Positions 58,671-64,000 of a stretch of DNA of 64,000 bases are shown here, piece by piece; position 1 is the stretch's first letter; each line of letters opens with the position of its first letter. The translations under genes and the position numbers were made by a program. Source of the DNA: Thermoanaerobaculia bacterium (GTDB lineage: Bacteria > Acidobacteriota > Thermoanaerobaculia > Multivoradales > Multivoraceae); NCBI GenBank assembly GCA_963664405.1, contig OY761158.1, forward strand, positions 5,344,001 through 5,408,000. The letters run 5' to 3'. The notes below the pieces were generated by a model. The model was not told the DNA's origin, searched no databases, and was given only the letters and a program-made list of their open reading frames with translations.

Positions 58671-60502
58671 TAGGGGCTACTCCCGTTGTCTGGGTATTCG
58701 GCCATCTCTTTCGCCCAGCGAGCGAGAAGAGGAACCCGCTCGGCTTTCTCTGCCGCAAAGCGCAGGGGGCGCCCTCGAGTGTCGACAACGATTCCGACCA
58801 CGCCGCCGCGGAGCTCGCGGCTGAGCGCCTTCCCTGGACCCGCTCCCACATCCAGACCCCGTTGCAGTGGCGTCAGGGTGGCCTGGGATCTGGTGTCGGC
58901 GGCGGCCTCGAAGCGGCGCAGCTCACCGGCGCCGAGATCTTCCTGCACCCTCTCTCCGCCGGGGAGCACGAGCTCGACCCGAAGGACGGGCGAGCCCTGT
59001 CTCACTACCCCTGAAGGCGCAACGCAGGTCCCGAGATGGACCAGACAATCGCGCTCGAAGATCTCGGTGGCGGCAGCCTCGTCGACGGTGGAGAAGACGC
59101 CGAGGTGAGGGGTCATGAAGATCGAGTCGACCGCAAGCTCGGTTACACCCTCGGGCAGGAAGGCGTCCATCATCATCCGCATCGCCTGTGACCGGCGAGG
59201 CGCGTGCGAAAGCACGCCACCGCTGCCTACGATGAGATCGAGCTCACGCATCTTGATCAGCGACTCCCCCGACTCCGACTGACTGAAGGCATCGGCGATG
59301 GTGCGCTCTTGCTGGACCCCACGCAGCGAGACCGCGAACTCTTTGTGCTGGACGAAGGCGAGACGCAGGGCCTCACGGGCGATCGCCTGCTCGATCTTCA
59401 GCGCTTCGAGAGTCTCGGGGATGGTGGTGGGTCGGATCATTTTGTTGCCGATGCTGTTTCGCAGCTCTTTCTCGTCGATCGGAAAAGGGACCCAGCGAAG
59501 GATCTCCTCGAGACCGGCCTCGGCGAGCACGTTGGAGATCGAGTAGCTCATGCCGAGATTGGCGGAGACCGTGCGATTGAAGGCTCCGTCGAAGACCGAA
59601 AAGACATCGGTGGTGGCGCCGCCGATGTCGACGCCGGCAACGTTGATCTCGCGCCGTTGGGCGATGGTCTGGATGATCAGACCCACTGCGGCTGGGGTGG
59701 GCATGATGGCGACGTCGGTCCAGGACATGAGCCGCTCATAACCTGGGGCTTGAGCCATCACATGCTCGAGAAAGAGATCGTGGATCTTCTCGCGCGCCGG
59801 GCCGAGATTCTCGGTCTCGAGCACCGGTCGCACGTTCTCGGTCAGCTGGAGATCCGAGATCCCGGCCAACAGACGCCGGATGTCGTCGCTAACCGCCCGG
59901 TTGCCGGCAAAGATGATCGGCAGATCGAAGGACCCGCCGAGTCGGGTGCGCGGCCGCGCGGCCGCGATCATCTCGGCCAGTGCGACCACGTGCTTGCGTG
60001 TGCCTCCGTCGATGCCACCGGCGAGAAGAATCATGTCGGGTCGCAGTTGGCGGATGCGCTCGATCTGCTGGTGCGGCTTGCGGACGTCGTTGATAGCGAA
60101 GGCGTCCATGACGATGGCACCAGCTCCGAGAGCAGCCCGCATCGCCGACTCGGCAGTCATCGATCGGACCACGCCCGCGACCACCAGTTGCAGCCCGCCG
60201 CCGGCTGAGGAGGTGGAGATATAGAGATCGACGCCGTCTCCGCCGGTGCTGGACTTCAGGATCCCGTCCTCGCCCACCAGGGTGCGGCCGGAGAGCTCTT
60301 CCACTTCCATCGCGGCGTTGAGCACACCGCGCGTGACGTCTTCGAACGGAGCCTCGACCGTAGTCGGCGCTTCACCGCGGTGGGTCTGATGCCACTCGCC
60401 GTCGATCTTCTCGAACAGGATCGCCTTGGTGGTTGTGCTGCCGCAGTCGGTCGCGAGCACGGTTTCGAGCTTGGGCGAGGCCGCCGTGGGCGACGGGCTC
60501 AT
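58670..60502 (-). CDS. Glutamate mutase L (GlmL/MutL)-like ASKHA-fold ATPase
   Basis: TDCGSTTTKA (phosphate 1), STSSAGGGL, ALGAGA, LAGGIDGG, MPTP, VDIGGATTDVFS (phosphate 2), RTVSANLGM, GSGGVLSH; SD AGGAGG. Confidence 0.82.
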   Translation of the reverse strand: MSPSPTAASPKLETVLATDCGSTTTKAILFEKIDGEWHQTHRGEAPTTVEAPFEDVTRGVLNAAMEVEELSGRTLVGEDGILKSSTGGDGVDLYISTSSAGGGLQLVVAGVVRSMTAESAMRAALGAGAIVMDAFAINDVRKPHQQIERIRQLRPDMILLAGGIDGGTRKHVVALAEMIAAARPRTRLGGSFDLPIIFAGNRAVSDDIRRLLAGISDLQLTENVRPVLETENLGPAREKIHDLFLEHVMAQAPGYERLMSWTDVAIMPTPAAVGLIIQTIAQRREINVAGVDIGGATTDVFSVFDGAFNRTVSANLGMSYSISNVLAEAGLEEILRWVPFPIDEKELRNSIGNKMIRPTTIPETLEALKIEQAIAREALRLAFVQHKEFAVSLRGVQQERTIADAFSQSESGESLIKMRELDLIVGSGGVLSHAPRRSQAMRMMMDAFLPEGVTELAVDSIFMTPHLGVFSTVDEAAATEIFERDCLVHLGTCVAPSGVVRQGSPVLRVELVLPGGERVQEDLGAGELRRFEAAADTRSQATLTPLQRGLDVGAGPGKALSRELRGGVVGIVVDTRGRPLRFAAEKAERVPLLARWAKEMAEYPDNGSSP

Positions 60503-60801
60503 GCGGCCCTCCTGGCGCGATCCAGGCTCTCCAGGCGACCGAGGAAGTAGTCGAGCCCGCGTCGGTCCTCGAGCAGATGCGCGAGCTCTTCCCAATCCGA
60601 GACCGAGAGGAAGACCCCGATCGACGGTGTGAGCAGATGCATGAATTGGCTACCGACAAAAGACAGAGGGCGCAGGCCCTCGAGAGTGAGGATCGCGGGC
60701 ACGGTCAAACCGAAGCGCACCAAGAAACGAGCGACTTTGTCGACCGCCTCCGATTGAGCCCGGGTGACTTCGATCTCAGAAGGTGGCGAATCTGGTGGCA
60801 A
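60499..60801 (-). CDS. Small conserved hypothetical protein coupled to the GlmL-like gene
   Basis: VDKVARFLVRFGLTVPAILTLEGLRPLSFVGSQFMH...LLEDR; ATGA overlap. Confidence 0.7.
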   Translation of the reverse strand: MPPDSPPSEIEVTRAQSEAVDKVARFLVRFGLTVPAILTLEGLRPLSFVGSQFMHLLTPSIGVFLSVSDWEELAHLLEDRRGLDYFLGRLESLDRARRAA

Positions 60802-60812
60802 AAGGGCCTCGG

Positions 60813-62072
60813 TCAGGGGCTCGATACGAGCTCAGGGCTCGGAACGAGCGCGATCGGCGCGGCCATGATGTTCCAGGTGAAGCGTCCGAGACCGTCGGTG
60901 TGTTTCAGCAGCACCTGGCGCTGCCACCCGCTTTCGTGCCAAGTGTAGCTCCTGACCTCTCCCTGATCGTCGCTGGCGACATAGAGCTCGTCGCGCCCGT
61001 CGCCGTCGAGATCGAGAAGGATCGAAGCGTGCTCGAAGCTCGAAGAGTTGGCGTCGATGAGCTCGGTCGACCAGTGTTCATCCCCGGGCCGGAGCAGCCA
61101 CAGGCCTCTCTTATGGGTCGCTGCCACGATCTCTTTGACGCCGTCGCCGTCGACGTCCCCTGCGGTCAGAAAGCGGCACAGCTTGTCGTCGATCTCGGCA
61201 ACAATGTTGGCGGCTTCTGGGTCAGTGTCTGCGTCGTAGCGGCGGATCTCGACCCTTCCACCGGAAATCGCTTCGACCGCGACGTAGAGCTCGTCGCGAC
61301 CGTCGCCATCGACGTCCTCGACCAAGATCTCCTTGGCGTGGCGCGAGCCGAGATCGGCCACCACGGTGCGGCCTTCCCCCAGTGCCGGCACATAGCGAAC
61401 CACTTTGCCGGGCTGCGGGGTGCCGTCCACTTTGTTCGGCGCTGTTGGTGTCGCATAGATCTCGAGCACGCCGTCTCCGTCGAGGTCGCCGAGCTCGATC
61501 TCGTGGACTACGGTATTCGGCTCGCGGTCGAGCTCTTCTACCGAAAAGCCTGTGGCGGAATCAGGGCGCAACACTGCCACCACGCCCTGGTCGTGAGTAG
61601 CGACAGCGATGGTGGCGGAGCCGTCGCCATAGATATCCCCCACCTCCGCGTCACGCATGCGGCTGAAACGACCGCCAAAGTCTTCTTGCCAGAGTGTCGT
61701 TTGCTCGCCCCCGGGCTCCCAGAGCTTGACGGCGGCGGCCGTGCCACCCAGGGTGAGAACTCCTTTCGGCCCGGATCCGGATTCGTAAGCCAGCACCTTG
61801 TGAAAGACGTTGCTCTCGGTGTCTTCGAGGGTGCGGTAGCTCCACTCGCCACCCTCCCGATGGAGGATGCCCAGCCGGGCCGGAAGGGGTTTCGGCGAGC
61901 CGTCTTCGTTCTTTCCGAGCACGGCCATGGCCAGGAGAAGAGCCTGCTGGTGGGAGTCTCGAAGGCCTTGTTGTCGCGCCGGCGCGGGGTCCTTGGCAGT
62001 GTCGCCGCAAGCCCACGAGAGGACGAGGGCCGCGACCAGGATGAGGTCCTCGAGTCGTGGCGAAGATCTCAC
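60813..62072 (-). CDS. FG-GAP/VCBS repeat lipoprotein (beta-propeller)
   Basis: Lipobox-like SWAC; DIYGDG, DLDGDGVLE, DVDGDGRDE, DVDGDGVKE, DLDGDGRDE Ca-binding loops. Confidence 0.8.
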   Translation of the reverse strand: MRSSPRLEDLILVAALVLSWACGDTAKDPAPARQQGLRDSHQQALLLAMAVLGKNEDGSPKPLPARLGILHREGGEWSYRTLEDTESNVFHKVLAYESGSGPKGVLTLGGTAAAVKLWEPGGEQTTLWQEDFGGRFSRMRDAEVGDIYGDGSATIAVATHDQGVVAVLRPDSATGFSVEELDREPNTVVHEIELGDLDGDGVLEIYATPTAPNKVDGTPQPGKVVRYVPALGEGRTVVADLGSRHAKEILVEDVDGDGRDELYVAVEAISGGRVEIRRYDADTDPEAANIVAEIDDKLCRFLTAGDVDGDGVKEIVAATHKRGLWLLRPGDEHWSTELIDANSSSFEHASILLDLDGDGRDELYVASDDQGEVRSYTWHESGWQRQVLLKHTDGLGRFTWNIMAAPIALVPSPELVSSP

Positions 62073-62156
62073 GGAGTGAAGGGTACTACGACAGAGGTGC
62101 TGGGTGGGGTGGCCGGACGAGGGGGTGCTACGATCGAGAGCGAGGCGAGGCGCGGC

Positions 62157-63455
62157 TTGTTTGTCTGGAATAGCAAGACGATCTCTGGCGGTCTGCTCTG
62201 GATGGCTGTCGTCGCTGGCGCGCTGGTCGGCTGTGACCGCTCCGAGGAGATCAAGAAGGCACTGTGCTCCGACTTGGGAGGAGGTGCCCAGGACTGCCTC
62301 GCTGTGTCCCCGTCGTCGGCTGCGACCAGAGATCTCCAGCGGGCGTTACTCGAGGTCCCGAGTGGCGGAATCGTTGTCCTCGCTGAAGGGCTTTACGAAG
62401 TCTCGGAAACACTGAGCCTGGCGGTAGACGGTGTCACCGTTCGAGGCGCCGGGATCGGCAAAACGGTCCTCGACTTCAGCGGGCAAAAATCAGGCGGTGG
62501 AGGAGCCGGAGTGGTCGCAAAGGCAGTCCGCGGCTTCACTATGGAGGATGTGACGATCCTCAATACACTCGGTGATGGCGTGCGGGCTGAAAAGAGCTCG
62601 AACATCGTGTTGCGAAGGATCGAGGTCGATTGGCCGGGTGAGTTGAAGACCGACAATGGCCTCTATGGTGTGTATCCCATCGACTCCCAGCACATTCTGG
62701 TCGAGGAGTGCCGCCTGCGCGGCGCGACCGATGCGGGCGTCTACGTCGGCGAGTCCAATTTTGCCGTCATTCGTAACAACCACGTCTACCAGAACGTGGT
62801 CGGCATTCAGGTGGAGAACACCTACGACGCCGACGTCTACGGCAACAAGGTCGATCGGAATTCGTCTGGGATCGCCGTTTTCAACGTGCCGGGCAAGCTG
62901 AGGAACAAAGGCGGGACGCGAGTTCGCGTTTTCGATAATGAGATCTCCGACAACAACACCGAGAACTTCGGCGCGAACTACTATCCCGCCGGAGGCGGAA
63001 TCTGGATCATCGCGGCCCAGGACGTCGAGGTGTTCGACAACACGATCGAGGAGCATCGCACCCTCGACCTCGGCATCTTCAGCTACGACTCGCTGAACAT
63101 CCGACATGGCGACCCCGACTATCTTCCGCACAGCCTTTCGGTACACATCCACGGAAACCGCTTCAACCCTCCGAGTCCCGATCCTGATCTGACTCGAGTC
63201 CTCGGACGACTCCTGTTCTCCGAGTTTCGCAGCTCGATCCCCAACGTCGTCTTCGACGGAGTGGGCGAGCTCCCTGCCCCGGATGCGCCGACCCACAATC
63301 CGTACCGGATCTGTATCCAGGAGTCGGAGCAGACATCGATCGCAACCCTCTCCGACCCACCGGGGCTAGACGGCGAGCTTTCCTACGATTGTGAAGAGCC
63401 GAGGCTTCCTTCGGTCGAGCTCTCGCCTGAACTTTCCGCCCAGCTGTCGGGATGA
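62157..63455 (+). CDS. Parallel beta-helix lipoprotein (TIGR03805-like)
   Basis: TTG 62157 after GAGG; lipobox LVGC; TVLDFSGQ, GDGV, NGLYGVYP, GATDAGVYVGES, NVVGIQVENT. Confidence 0.82.
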   Translation: MFVWNSKTISGGLLWMAVVAGALVGCDRSEEIKKALCSDLGGGAQDCLAVSPSSAATRDLQRALLEVPSGGIVVLAEGLYEVSETLSLAVDGVTVRGAGIGKTVLDFSGQKSGGGGAGVVAKAVRGFTMEDVTILNTLGDGVRAEKSSNIVLRRIEVDWPGELKTDNGLYGVYPIDSQHILVEECRLRGATDAGVYVGESNFAVIRNNHVYQNVVGIQVENTYDADVYGNKVDRNSSGIAVFNVPGKLRNKGGTRVRVFDNEISDNNTENFGANYYPAGGGIWIIAAQDVEVFDNTIEEHRTLDLGIFSYDSLNIRHGDPDYLPHSLSVHIHGNRFNPPSPDPDLTRVLGRLLFSEFRSSIPNVVFDGVGELPAPDAPTHNPYRICIQESEQTSIATLSDPPGLDGELSYDCEEPRLPSVELSPELSAQLSG

Positions 63456-64000
63456 TGGCTGGCACGCTCTTCCCGCCCCTTCGTTGCGCGTCGGCACTCG
63501 TGTTGATCCTGAGCGTCGCTTGCACCGGGAGTGGTGATCCGGGCTGTCGAGGGCTGGTGCCGGGAACCTTTGTCGCGGCCGAGGGCGAAGCCTGCAAGAG
63601 CCTCAGTAGCTACGGCCTGTTCCAGGTCGCCGACGGTCGGATCGTGCCAAGCCCCGGGGTGGTGGAGTACCAAGTTCACAACGCCCTTTTCAGTGACTAC
63701 ACTGTCAAGAATCGGCTGATCGCTCTCCCCGAGGGGGGCCAGATCCGCTACGGCGAGGACGGTGTCTTCGAGTTTCCACCGAGCTCGGTGATCGCCAAGA
63801 CTTTCTCGATGCCGGCGAATTTGAAGTCGCCGAGTGCGGATCTGCACATGCTCGAAACTCGGCTGCTGATCCGCCGAGAGGAAGGCTGGGAGACCCAGTC
63901 TTACACCTGGAAAGCGGATCAGAGCGACGCGATCCACGAGCCCCTCGGTGGACGGAAGGATCTGGAATGGATTGACCTAGAAAACCGGACCCGGCGTACG
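63452..64000 (+). CDS. SO2930-family (TIGR03806-like) putative diheme cytochrome lipoprotein, 5' part only
   Basis: Manual translation: LSSYGLF...YQVHNALFSDYTVKNRLIALPEG...FEFP..SVIAKTF...LETRLLI; ATGA-coupled to the beta-helix gene; CxxCH not reached in window. Confidence 0.75.
   Translation, partial: MMAGTLFPPLRCASALVLILSVACTGSGDPGCRGLVPGTFVAAEGEACKSLSSYGLFQVADGRIVPSPGVVEYQVHNALFSDYTVKNRLIALPEGGQIRYGEDGVFEFPPSSVIAKTFSMPANLKSPSADLHMLETRLLIRREEGWETQSYTWKADQSDAIHEPLGGRKDLEWIDLENRTRRT

Noticed and set aside
57589-58851. 420-aa Arg-rich alternative-frame ORF and similar overlapping ORFs (29819-30907, 40735-41757, 59204-60208)
   Set aside because: Off-frame or antisense to well-supported genes, with biased composition and no recognisable domains.
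58670-60502. Mismatch-repair MutL or a glutamate fermentation locus
   Set aside because: Motifs are ASKHA-type, not GHKL, and no glmS, glmE or methylaspartase genes are present in the window.
60783-62156. N-terminal half of the 890-aa + strand ORF, suggesting a large fusion protein
   Set aside because: It is the antisense shadow of the FG-GAP gene; the real protein starts near TTG 62157 with an SD and lipobox.

Overview
GC-rich bacterial chromosomal segment. Gene content suggests an Acidobacteriota-like organism, possibly Thermoanaerobaculia; this is inference only. About 55 CDS are supported, mostly on the minus strand. Housekeeping genes: 2-oxoacid:ferredoxin oxidoreductase alpha/beta, xerD, coaD, tsaC, recN, proline dehydrogenase, lipA, lipB, class I fructose-bisphosphate aldolase, frameshifted prfB, lnt, and nfeD-stomatin. 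A ~20 kb accessory block lies between lipA and lipB: DUF3604 lipoprotein, IPTL-CTERM surface protein, ECF sigma factor plus TPR Ser/Thr kinase, sulfatase, TolC-RND-MFP, and nadQ-nadABC with two operator palindromes. Two candidate undescribed systems stand out. (1) Four dispersed 166-167 bp CTAG-bounded elements that fold into one long rod, with a conserved core but three different self-complementary arm sequences. They sit on stop codons or between an RBS and its start codon. (2) A tightly coupled 7-8 gene operon (53707-62072) encoding a GlmL-like ASKHA ATPase, a barrel-sandwich/KOW protein, a DUF6754 protein and three membrane proteins, with no glutamate mutase in the window. Also noted: a likely CTG start codon, a frameshift in the kinase, an internally deleted pseudogene and an atypical CarH-like B12 regulator. 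No rRNA, tRNA, CRISPR array or transposase was seen. Family assignments come from motif recognition, not database searches.
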